Positions 22,187 to 34,300 of a stretch of 64,000 nucleotides of DNA are shown in pieces. Source of the stretch: Antechinus flavipes (Eukaryota); NCBI RefSeq assembly GCF_016432865.1, contig NC_067399.1, positions 258,912,001-258,976,000 of the forward strand, given 5' to 3'. A program made the translations under genes and the position numbers. The notes beneath the pieces were generated by a model that saw only the letters and a list, made by a program, of their open reading frames with translations, was not told the origin of the DNA and searched no databases. Each line of letters begins with the position of its first letter. Positions within the stretch are counted from its first letter, which is position 1.

Positions 22187-25100
22187 AAAAAGAGCCAGTA
22201 GGAATCCCCCCTTAACAATGATCCCAACCCATCTATGATTTAGTAGTTAAGTCTTAGTAGATAAAGCTTAAGCCAAAAGCACAGAAGCCAAATTACTTTC
22301 CCAGGATCACCAGCCTCACAAGTCAGAGGCAAGATTGCAACCTTCATTTCTCTAATTCCAAGTCCAATGTATTAATGCATTATAATAGGCAGAATCATCA
22401 TGAGAACAAAAAATTAGAAAGCTGCTAAAGATTTCCACAGAAACAGGGGAGAGATGGTGAAACTAGTGATACTGGGGAGCCAGGATCAGTGATCACAATG
22501 TCAAATTCGGGACTGTGTTGAAAAGTTTATATTTATGTTTGCTGTGGGGCGGAATACAAGATTGTAATGGTATACATAAAATGAAATATAGGAATGGGTC
22601 TTGAGGACAGAAAAGACTCTAGAGGGACTAAAAGAACTTAGTGCTCTTTGTTCTCAATAAAGTTGCCTAAGTTCATAATTTAAAAAACCATTAAGATCAA
22701 CTTTCCTTTTGGCTAAGCAGAATAAACAAAGCCAAATCTAAGAGGAAACTTCTTTCTTTTCTTAAGCTTGGAAATCATTTTCCTGACAGCTCACCTAAAT
22801 GCTTTCTTTCACCTGTGGATTCTGCTCTTTACAAGTCAGAGGTAACTTGATATGTGCATTACTATAAGCCTTCTTTTTAAACTTTTTTTTTTTTTTTTTT
22901 TTTTTTTTGGCCCTGGGCAGCCCCAAATAGCTCTCTGAGCCCTGGGCAGGGCTGATGAGAATATCTACAGGCAGACAAATGAGCTATAACAAACAATGAG
23001 TTCCTTCTACTCCACTTCCTCAAAGGTCATATTGAAGCAAATTCTACCCAAAATCCCCTAGGAGAGGTAGTCAAGAGGTTACTGAGGGCCAGTGCAGAGG
23101 AGATGGCAGGACAGCAGCTCTCTGATTTAGTCTACGAGTGGATGGGCACTTTAATCCAACACTTTTTTGATCCCAGAGGACGCACAAAGGCTAAGTAGAG
23201 AGCTGCTGCTCTCCTCTGTTAGAGACCTCTTCCATGAGACCCGGCCCCAACAGCCAGCAACTGCTCTTTATATTAGCCAGGGGAGCTAGGCCCTACACTC
23301 CCAGGAGGATCTGTAAGCCTCTGGAAGGGGATGCCAAGGTGAGGGGCGAGTGTGGAGTCCCACCTCAATTCTGGGGCGGTTCCAGGATAAGATCCCATCT
23401 CCCAGCCTCAGGGCCCGCCCACACAACCTGCTCTCACTAGCTCTCTCGGTAATGAATACACTCAGCCCGTGGCAGATGGGAGCGGCACAGGGGAGGCTCG
23501 AAATATTAAACTCCACCTGGGCACAGGACACCACAAACAGTTTCAAATTCCTCGGGAGGAGAGACAGCACGATCTAGATTCCACAATGGAAGGCAGAAAA
23601 ATGTGGCAGGCCCAGCGCCAGGAACCAGGAAGGAACTGCTAAAATATTCCAGCAATCAGCAGGGGCTTTCCACTCAATCAGGGCTGGACTTTATCAAGGA
23701 AGCTGTAGGGTGCCCCAAGGGACGAGGGCACAGCTTCCAGCCAGGACTCCACTGATAAGAACAAAGATACTACAGGAATACCTACCTAGCAGTGCCCAGT
23801 TGGAATGGAAGTTCCGGGTGAGGGCCTGGTGTAATGGGGACACCGCCCCTCCCCATGCGAAGATGTCTGGCCGTTCCATGAGCACGGGCAAGGGCTTAGG
23901 TTACAATCACGTCTCGGAGGAGCAGTCCTAGAAAGGAACAGCTCTCTCACATGAGCATTAGCCCAGCTCACACCAAGGGACCACAAGACCCACACTTGTA
24001 AACGCACCATAGGCTGCACTAGCAGAAAGGTCACAGGGAGAACGGTAATAGCTCTCAAGAGGCTCACATACAACAAGCCTACACACTCACTGGGATCTCC
24101 TACAGGGAAGGCTTTAAAGGGACCAATAGGAAAATTTTGGCCATTGACAAAGGGTATAGAGTAGCAAAGCTGACGTCCTTGAGAGGAAACAGCTCTCTCC
24201 CCAATGAAAGGCTTCAGGGTGAGAGGCTCCTGAGGCTCACCAAGCACCTAGAAATTCCCCAGATCATAGGAATCATATCTCTAACTCTTAAATAACTAGT
24301 CTCAGACCTTCTATGAGACTGGGAGGAGGGGGTAAGGGCTTTTCCTTGCTTAACTCAGGCTAAATCAATTTTCCTAACAAAGTGATCATCCAATGCATCC
24401 TCAATGCCACAAGTGAGCTCTTTCTAGCACATACATAAAAGAGTTCACAAACTACTACAAAAACAAAGCATCCCAGTGTTAAGGAGAAGCTTCCAGGATA
24501 CTTTCAACTTCAGCTTCCTGAATTTAAGGGAAAACTAGTCATTGAACCAGTAACATCTAAAGAGAGAGAACCCTTCATGAATGATATCACTATATGCATC
24601 CCTCATTTTTACTGATCTAAGGCTAAGATTGCTCACAAAGACAGAACAGCCAATTCCATGAGAACAGTCCTCTAGTCTTGCCCTGGCTAGCACGAGCCCT
24701 GAGGAAGACTTGAGTCACTTAAGCCAGTAATGATGCTTCCCTTTAGACAGATGCTTACTCAATCTCAATATAACAATTGGCTTCTCCCACATACAAGATG
24801 AGCAATAAATTTGACCTTACTCCTTTCCCCGGTCTGTGGAATAGGGGAACATTCTAGCTGGATGATGAAGTAGTCTTGGGGAAAAGAAAGGTCCTTGGGG
24901 AACTAGGAGAGGCATCAGTGGCCATAATTTAAACTATTGGATAAGGCCAGGACAAATTCTGAAAAAAAATGTCTTGGAGATCATGCTCAGCTACTCCCTC
25001 TGCCCTATATGCATCTCCAACAGCATAAGTCACTGACCACCCTATGCCCCCCCAGAAATAAAGGTTATCTATTTCTCCATGAATGCCCAGAAGGATATCA

Positions 25101-27088
25101 TGGTTAGCAGATGATACACATACATACATCATGCCAGTTCTGAGTTGAAGGCTAAGTAGAGTTTCTAGCTCTTTGAGAAGCCCTACCAAGATCAAGGTCC
25201 AAGACTGGTTACTGAACACTTTAATCCAAATGATCGTCCCTTGGTGGAAAACTTCCAAGGACAGACATGCCAAAAGCTGGGTGCTAAACTGGTCAAGCTG
25301 TCTCTTAGCTCCGTGCCTTTACTAAGAACCTCAGTACCATATAATTCAGGACCCTTTGTGCTAAACAAAAGAGGTAAGGAAGGAGAGTCGATCCTGTCTC
25401 AACTCCCTCCTAAGGAGGCACACACAGGGAAACCATACAAAGAGATAGCTACTAGTTCAAGCTACTAGCCTGTTGTTACAGGTTTTTGGAAATTATCAAA
25501 AGATATATGTTGCTTTCCAACTCATAGCTTGGGTGCTATGAGGCCAAATCACTCTTCCAAGGTCACAGACTGTGCCCCTAAAAGATAGCCAGCCAAATCA
25601 CAATTGGTGGCTACTGGTCACCCCTCCTGCTATAGAAACATGCTGACATTTAATGCTGAATGAATAGTGTCATCTCTATATACAAACTACAGCACATTAA
25701 TGTCTTGTTAGTAGACCTGCCCTTTATCCTTTTATCCCTTTAAATTACAAACTTAAAAGGCAGAGAAACCATTTTCTAGATGTAATGAGACCAGCTAGGC
25801 TGCTGATCTTTTTCTTCTGACTATCTTCACTCACCATAGAAACCAAGGCCTAACACTGGGTGGGGCCTATCACTGATCACTGGGGAGGAAATAAGCCAGT
25901 CAGCCATTCACCTGGAACATTTACTGACTGCTGCTTCCCTCTTGGCTGAGCATTTATAAAATCTCCACAGGGAAACAGGCCTTCCCACATAGAGGATTAG
26001 CACTAAGCCTGACCAGCTGCTTCAATCAGCTTGTACCCATGAACCTCTAAAACTCACAAGGCATCTAATACAGGGCCAGGTAACCTGGGGGGCAAGGGGG
26101 TTCTAACAATCCCATTATTCTTGTGCCTCTCCAATTATGACACAGGGCAATGGAGTGAGGCTCCGGCTGCCCCCATGGGCAGCACTCCGAGTTCTGGGCC
26201 AAGCTTCAAAGCTTTGGGCAGCCACAGCAGAAAATGCTTCACAAACAACTAGCTCTCTACCAAGATGATGGAAAGACATAAAGGAACTCAAGAGTCAAAA
26301 GAGAGTCAGGCGCAGGGAGAGAGAGAGAAACCTAGAAGAGGCAGGCTTCTGCTGGCTTTCCACTGCTGTGTGCTTATATAAACAGTATCACCTGCCCTAT
26401 GGGGACTTTGACCGAAAGCGTTTAACGCACCAGGGCAGATTGGTCACGGCTCAGCCTCAGCTTCAAAGCTGAGCTTTCCCAGCTTTCACAAGTGCCTTTT
26501 TGTTCTCTGTACATGCTACACAAAGCCCCAGCTTGTGTTACATTCCTACCCTCAGATTCTAGGCCCTTGAGCCAAACATCAACCCTAACTTCAGGGGACA
26601 GCTGGGAGTTCAGAACACTGGCTCTCCTCCCAGCATCACCCCTTTCCCTTTCCTCAACTGTAACATGCCAAGTGGCCTATAACCATCAAATAGTAATGAG
26701 AAAACCTACAGATACTCTAATCCAACTCAGTTCCCCATTTTTTGCCTGGTATTCAGACCCTCCCTTCCCACTCTAGAAGTTCACTCAGGCTACTATGTGG
26801 AAAGTACCCTTCAGCTGATCCAGCAGAACAGATAGATGAAGTATCCTCTGCAAAGAATGGACTCAGATCACCTTAAGAAGTGTGAGTGGGAAAATGAGTC
26901 ACTGATTACACATAGTGTGGCTCAATGAGGCAATGAGATGATTACTTGTTGGCATTTGTGGATTGTCAATAAGTAAAATAAGAATAGATGGAACATGTCA
27001 GTTCTCAAACATGAGACAATAAGCTGTGTTGTGTCAATAATAAGAAGATCTTAAATATGCAGGGAAAAAATGCTGAAAAGCAGCCATC

Positions 27089-27108
27089 ATATATATATAT
27101 ATATATAT
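27089..27108. repeat. (AT)10 microsatellite
   Basis: Read directly. Confidence 0.95.
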
Positions 27109-27289
27109 CTCCACAACAATAGCTAATAACAATACATATAGTTATGAAGTCCTACTTGGTCCATCACCTGCTTATGTGACAAAATTGAGGGTATAATAGG
27201 ATTTAGATGATTGCTCCACTAAATAAAGGTATTTCAGAATCACATACAAAAAGGGAAAAGAATTAGTGTGGGGATGAAAAGGCCTCCCA

Positions 27290-27510
27290 GTCTTGTAGGT
27301 GATGCAGTAGATAGAATGCTGGACCTACATCAAGAAGACCCAAGTTCAAATATAGCCTTAAACATGTACTAACTGGGTCATCCTGGGCAAGTCACTTAAT
27401 CTTTATTTACCTCAGCTTTTTAAACTATATAATGAGGATAATAACAGCATCTACTTGGCAGAGTACATGTCTGGCACATAGTAGGCACCATATGAATGCT
27501 TATTCCCTTC
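27290..27510 (+). mobile_element. MIR-family SINE
   Basis: gcagtagatagaatgctggac...gacccaagttcaaat...ctgggcaagtcacttaat...ctggcacatagtaggca. Confidence 0.75.
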
Positions 27511-29499
27511 CCTTCCCCTCTTCCTCGGAAACTACTCACAGGGGCTGGGTCAGTCTACTTTGGCACATACCCAATAAACTTTTTTTTTTTACAAATAGAT
27601 GATTTTTTATACTATGGCATTAATCATAAAGGCAATATTGGCTGTCATATAACTAAAACCAAAGTTTTTCATTTTTCAGTAATATGTATAACAAACTACT
27701 GCAATACCCATGTAGTTAGGGGTCACTTATTTCTCCATTACCTCACCCACTTTTATCTCACCTTTCCTCCAAAGAGTATAAATACCAAGATATTCTCAAA
27801 TATCCCTATGTGAGGCAAAGCACAAAAGGAAATTTTTCTCTCCAAAATAGAAAAGGAGACTACAGGGCAGCAGTGTCTCGTCCCAAGACATGATCATTGC
27901 ATAGGAAAAATCAGGAGAGCTGTCAACATGATACTGAGATTAGGGCTAGCAGATGACAATTCCAAAAAGGCTAAACCTTAAGCTAAACATAGAATCGCAA
28001 CCCAGAGATTTTGTGCCAGGAAAACTGAGGCCAACTATGTCCACATAAGGCCAAGTTTTAGCCAACATTCGTTCTCACAGTTGCCAATAATAACAGTAGC
28101 ATCAACAACTGACTTTATGCCTGTTTTAAAGTTTACAGAGCATTTTACATACATTATCTCATTTAAGCCCCATGACAAAGCTATGAGCTAAGTACAGATG
28201 AAGAAATCAAAACTCAAATAGCTTTGTAAAAACAGTAATGTTCCCATGGCCACAGAATAAACTAAGCATCAAGAGGCAGAGTGTGCCCCTAGACCTTCCC
28301 AAGTCCAGTACCATCCATAATTGAGGGGGATGGAGGCAAAGGATAAAGTGGAGAAAGGCTTCTGTTCAAGAGAGCCTTTTGGGATATCTATCACTTCCTC
28401 CACAAATAAGATAGAAAAACCAGGAGGCCTGGAGGGAGGGCAGGACAGCCCTCAGATATCACATTAGGAACAACAGCCCTGGAAAAACTTCCTCAGGCCA
28501 TACCCAACTCCCCCACAGGGCCCAAGTGCTCCACCCTGGTTCCAGGTGTGTAGGAGAGAAAGCAGAAGGAAACTAGAGAGGCTTAGACAAAATGTAAAAA
28601 TTACTTAAAAGGCCAATGGCAGTCTTTAGGAATAGTTACCAGTCTTTACTGCCTTCCTGCAGCTCAAAAAGATATAAAATACAAATTGTAGGCAGCTCTA
28701 TTAGTCAAAGATTCACTCAGAAGAAGGAATAACTCTTTCCATAGTAGAATCTTTCTCTGGACAAGAGTCTCTTGGCTCAGATAGCCTAGAAAAAAGACTC
28801 CTAAAATCTGAAGCAATAATAAACTCAAGGAAGCAGAGACATTTGAAGACCTAAAGCTGCAACAGACTGATATTGGGGTGGGAACCCCTCTTAAGGCCAA
28901 AGAATTGCTCAATTTAGTTCAGAGATAGAAGGTGTAGAAGGCATGGTTTCTTGTAGGCCTCTAGACCAGCTCAAAGTTGCCTGCCACTCTTTCTGGCTTC
29001 TCATTTCTCTTCCAAGAAAAGACACAGGGTAATGGAAAACATATTAAATAGGATTCTAACCTCAGCTCCCCATCAATTAGAAAGGGCCAGGGGAACCAAA
29101 ACCATAGTATTTACTGCCAGAGACTAGTTTTGGAAGGAGAAAAATCCCAGAAAATTTCCATTGGAAATGGCCTCAATTTTTTGAATGAACTATTTAGTAT
29201 GTTTTTATCTGAAAGGGGTAGGATGAGTTATGAGAAGCTTAAAAAGGGAGAAAAATACCCTCTCAGAAGCCCTTTCATTTCCTTCAAAGCCCGGCTCTCA
29301 AATATCATCAAGGGTTCTTAACTTGGGATCCATGAACTTACATTTCAACACATTATTCTGAGGAGTTTGTAGACTTCACCAAAACATGACAGAGAAAAGG
29401 CTTAGGAACTCTGTTCTATATGAAAAATCTCCTAATCTAATACCTCCCCTGTCCCCTACTACTGGTTCCTCCCTCATCAAAATAACTTTGTATTTTGTA

Positions 29500-29860
29500 G
29501 ATGTGTAATTGTAGCCTTCCCTATCTAGATGATAAACTCCTCAAGGACAGAAACTGATTCACTTTCGTCTTTATGTATCTAACATCTATCACATACAACA
29601 GGCAATTAATAAATGCTTGTTTTGTTTGTTTTTTCAGAAGCAGTAAAGTTGTGTTAGTAGAGAAGAGACCACTGAGGTTGGAGTCAGGAAGACATGAGTT
29701 TAAATTCATATTCAGATACTTTCTAGCTGTAAGACATGTCTACATCAGGTTTCTCAACTGTAAAATGGAGATAATAGTAACACCTACCTCCCACAGTTTT
29801 TATGAGGATCAAATGAGATAATATTTGTGAAGGACTTGGCAAACCTTACAGAGATACATA
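29500..29860 (+). mobile_element. L2 3' end followed by a MIR
   Basis: gataaactcctcaaggacag...aataaatgcttg (L2 end); ggagtcaggaagacatgagtt...ttctcaactgtaaaatggagataat (MIR). Confidence 0.7.
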
Positions 29861-30039
29861 AATAATAGCTAATAATAACATTATTTATAATTATGATTAT
29901 ATTGATAAGTGGCTCTGTGCATTTCCCAAAGGAAACAGTTTGCAGAGCCACCACCCTTTCCCCTTTACTATTCTACTCCAAGATCACAAACTATAAAATC
30001 TGAGTCCAGCCAATCATTTCATAAATGCATATGACTGGA

Positions 30040-31320
30040 AATAGTTCATTTATACATTGCTAGACTTATGAACTGATCCAGCTATTCTAGAAAGCAATTT
30101 GGAACCATAATCAAAAAAGCTATTAAGCTGTGCATATCCAGTCAGAACCCAGTGCTGTCACTATTAGATCTATATCCCGAAGAGACCAAAGAAAAAGGAA
30201 AAGGACCCATATGTACAAAAAAATAGCTGCTCTTTTCATGGTGGCAAAGAATTGGAAACTGAGGGAGTGCCAAGTGCCTATTAATTGGAGAACAGACAAA
30301 CAATATGATGGAATATTGTGCTGTAAGAAATGATGAAAAGGATGGTTTCAAAGAAACCTAGGAAGATTTGTATGAATTGATATAAAATGAAATGATCAGA
30401 ACCAGAACAATTTATACAATAACGATATTAAAAAGACAAAGAACTTTAAAAATACTTTTTGGCAGAGAATATAAAAAAAAGAAAAAAGTCCTTTAAAAGT
30501 TACAGTTTAAATTTCAATACAATGAATAACTATGCTTCCAGAGGACCCATGATGAAATATGCTATTCTCTTCCAGATAAAGAGCTGATGGATTCAAAGGA
30601 AAGACTGAGGTTTATGTGTTTTAGATATGAATAATTTGGGAATTTGTATTATTTGACTATGCATGTTTATGACAAGTTTTGTTTTTCTTGTTTTCCCAAT
30701 TGAAAGGGGAGGGGAGAAAAGGTGGAAAAGAAAAAAATTAGATTTAGAAATAAAATAACAGAACTAGGAGAACATTATCTACAGGAACAACAATAGTCTA
30801 AGGATGATCACTGTGATACTCAGCTACTCTGCTCAAGACAATAATCCAAGATAATGCTTTCACTTCCAGAGAAAGAACTGATGAACTCTGAATGCAGATT
30901 GAAGCATACTTTTCCAAAACCTTCTTTATCTACTGCCTTTGGAGTTTCAAAGGTGTGTCTACTAACATAGACACCCATACTTGCAAGAATGTAAAATAAA
31001 TCTTTCCTGCATTAAACAAAACAAAACAAAACAAAAAATACCCTCAAACCTTTTCTTTATTTTTTGGTTTGTTTTCTTTTGTAACAAGGCTAATATGCAC
31101 ATATGTTTTACATGATCTCATATGTATAACTGAAATCAAAGTATTTGTCTTCTCAAGGAAGGGAGGGAGGGAGGAAGAGACATGATTTTGGAACTTAAAA
31201 GTTTAAAAAAATAAATGTCAAAAATCACTTACATGTAACTGGAAAATATTTAAGAAATAAATAAAGTATATTTTAAAATAATGGAAAGAAGTAAAATAGA
31301 ATAAAATAAAGATTTAAAAC
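30040..31320 (+). mobile_element. Stacked old L1 3' fragments
   Basis: gaactgatccagctattctagaaagcaatttgg; gctcttttcatggtggcaaagaattggaaac; tccagagaaagaactgatgaactctgaatgcagattgaagcat; A-rich tails. Confidence 0.75.
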
Positions 31321-34300
31321 AAATAACAAAGAAGGTATCAACACAAGCTCATTCCTCCATTATCAGGGCCCACTGCTCATAACAGAAGTCAGGGATGTCA
31401 CTGGCTGACTTAGGATGTTACCACAGCTGACTATAGCTTTGTGAATAGATAATTTATTTTAAAATCTTCTTTAATATTTACAAAACACTTTTCTCACAAC
31501 CACCCTGGGAGACAAGCAGAATAAGTATCATTATAAGAAACAGATTCAGAAAAATTAAATGACTTGCCAGTATTTATACAGACAATATATGCTTAAAATG
31601 GGATTCAATGCCAAGTCTTCTGACTTCAAGCTAAGTACTCTTTGCACAGCATGAAACGCTGCCTCTGATGAATGTAAAGTAGACAAGTAATGCTGTGTGT
31701 CCAAGGGCAGAAGCAGCTGCCCTGAATCAATGCTGGGAATGAAGGTACTGCTCCCAGTAGGGCCCTGGCCAGGCCTGCCTACTTACCTGAGAGAAGCCAT
31801 CTGGCCTCTCCCTTCATTTTCTGAACCTATTCAAATAACAACTGCCAGTTTGATCACCTCCACAACTTCCCAAGGTCATACCCCCTTTTGTCCTGGCCCA
31901 AGCTTTAGCCTACTTCCCTCTTAACTTGTCCTTTTCCAGTCTAGTTTAATAGGAAGTATGTTACCTTTCCTATACCCAGGAATGTTTGCCCTTCTGTTCT
32001 CACCTCCCTAAAATTTTTATTAGCCCCTTCTACAGCCCAAGACCCCAAATCTCCCCCAGCTCCCTTGATCCCCATTTCTTACTTGCCAAACACCCTAAAT
32101 CAAAAGTTCTCTTTCCTGGGTCATGGTCCCTTTGGCAATCCAGTGAAACCTACAGATCTCTTCTTAGGATAATGTTTTTATTTTTTATACTTTTTTAAAT
32201 CACTGAAAAAATGCTAAACTTAAATTAGTTAAAATTAGTAAAGGTTGGTTAAAAATAAAAATCAAATTTTTTTCTTTTCAAGTTCATGGAGTCCTTGAAA
32301 TTTATCCATGCACATCCTATCTTTCAGAACTCTGCCCCTAGACAATCTGTGCTCATGGTCTCAAATACCAGTAGATCACAGTGTCCTAGAGATGAGAGAT
32401 AGCTGAACAAAGTCCTGGGTTCCTTCCATTTTTGTCTTAAAACAAGAAAGAAAGATAGGAGCGGCTTGTGGATAGATCACCATCCTTAGAATTGGAAACC
32501 TGGGTTTGAACCCCTTCTCTAGCTGTACAATTAACAGCTCATTTATCCACTTCAAATTTCAAATTCCTTATCCATAAAAGGATAAGGATCATAATAAAGA
32601 AAATACTTTCTTGTAAACTTTAAAATGCCACATAAATATAAATTACTACCAAATGAGAGACCCTAACCCAAGGTCAAATGACATATAGCAATAAAGGATC
32701 TGGAATAATTGAAGAAGCTGGAGAGATATAAGGGAGATGAGGGGTGACAAGGATAGGGCATCAAGACCAAGAGAGTGAAGGTATAAAGCACAGCTAAAAA
32801 GAACAGTTTATTTTTTTTAATGGCAAGTAGGAAAAAGAAAGTAATGGAGTGAGGACAGTGGGTAGTGTTTGTCTGCTAAAGTGGAGGCTGAAAAAAATTA
32901 AGTGGAGGCTGATGTAAGGGTGCAAAGAAATGCATGTGTGTAGGAGGGAAAGCCCCATGGGGACATAAATGAGATTGCAAGAGTGGAGCAGTGAGAGAAT
33001 CAGATTTTAGACAAGCCCTTTGCTAAGAAAGATACAGATATGAGAGATGACATAAGGGACAAGAAACAGCACTGGGAGGATGTGAGAACAGAAAGTGAGA
33101 GGGACCAGCAGGTGGGAAAGGCTACTACCAATTGGAACAATAGAGTTCTTAGCACAGAGAATAAGGAAGGGTTGGGTTTTATTTGCTATTAAACCTAGAT
33201 GAAGTACAAATACTGAGAGGACATTCAGGTGTCTTGCTGAGATGAGGAAGCACAGAATGGAATAACAGATCAAAGGAGAGAGTTACTTTGAACATATACA
33301 TATACATAATGTCAAACTCAGATGGCAGAAGACCTCACCAAAAGTAGAGAGAAAACAGGGCAACACCTAATCCCTGGAAGAGACCCCAACAACTAGAGGG
33401 GAGGCAGATATAGAAGAAAGGAAAGGAGGACATATGCATAAGAGAACCAAGGAAGGAAATTGCTTCTAAGTCACAGATTTGTATGCAAAAGCTAGGAGAG
33501 GAGGAAGGAAAAAGGAATTAGTCTTGGAAAAGCTGCTCAAGATTTTAAACAAGGGAACCTTTGGCACAATGATATAAGCAGAAGGAGGATTATTAGGAGG
33601 CTCTAGAAGGAAAAAAAAAAAAAATGAGAAGCCCTGAAAAGAAATAGCTTACTCAGGAAGCTCTGAAATGAATGGGAGAAGTCACCACTGGCAAGGTGAG
33701 TAGGACTGACCAAAGTATGCTGTACTAGACAGACTCAGTTTCACTCCCAAAGCAGCCCCTTGTCACCCCACCGACAGGGAAATAATATGGTACTTGTCAG
33801 CCTTGGAATTTGCCCCAAGGTTAAACAAAGAAGCGGAAACAACCTGGAAATTTTTCAGAAGCTTGTCTGTTAAAGGTATAGGCAGGGATGGACTCTATGA
33901 AACATTAAGCTTAGGTACAGAGTACAAAGAGTTAGGCTGGTACTGCCTCTTCTCCCCTCCCCACCTCCAGGAACAAGCAGAGCTGGGAAAGAGTTTCCAG
34001 TCAGAAAGGTAGTCAGACAAATCTCTACCTAGTTACCTAGCCTGGTGCTTATGATATTTGTCATTCAGAGAATTTCAAAACTTTAAAAACCATCTTGTCC
34101 AACCCTCTCATCTTTCATGAAGAAAAGGAAAGCCAGAGAAATGAAGGGAACTCAAGCAAGATCACACAGAGTAAGAAGCCAAACCTGCACTTCAACCCAA
34201 GGCCTCTGACTACCTAAATCCAGTGCCCTTTTCATTATACATTCCACAGCCTCTCCCTTTTTTTTCTTACTCAGGATCAATATACTCTTTTCACTCTTTC

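Noticed and set aside
24929-25273. 114-aa minus ORF, and a plus-frame LHECPEGYHG resembling a furin-like repeat
   Set aside because: Similarity does not extend, stops flank it, and no splice sites frame it; likely chance.
32879-32912. AAGTGGAGGCTGA repeated around AAAAAATT, resembling a TSD-flanked solo poly(A)
   Set aside because: Insert is only 8 nt; cannot be told apart from a small slippage duplication.
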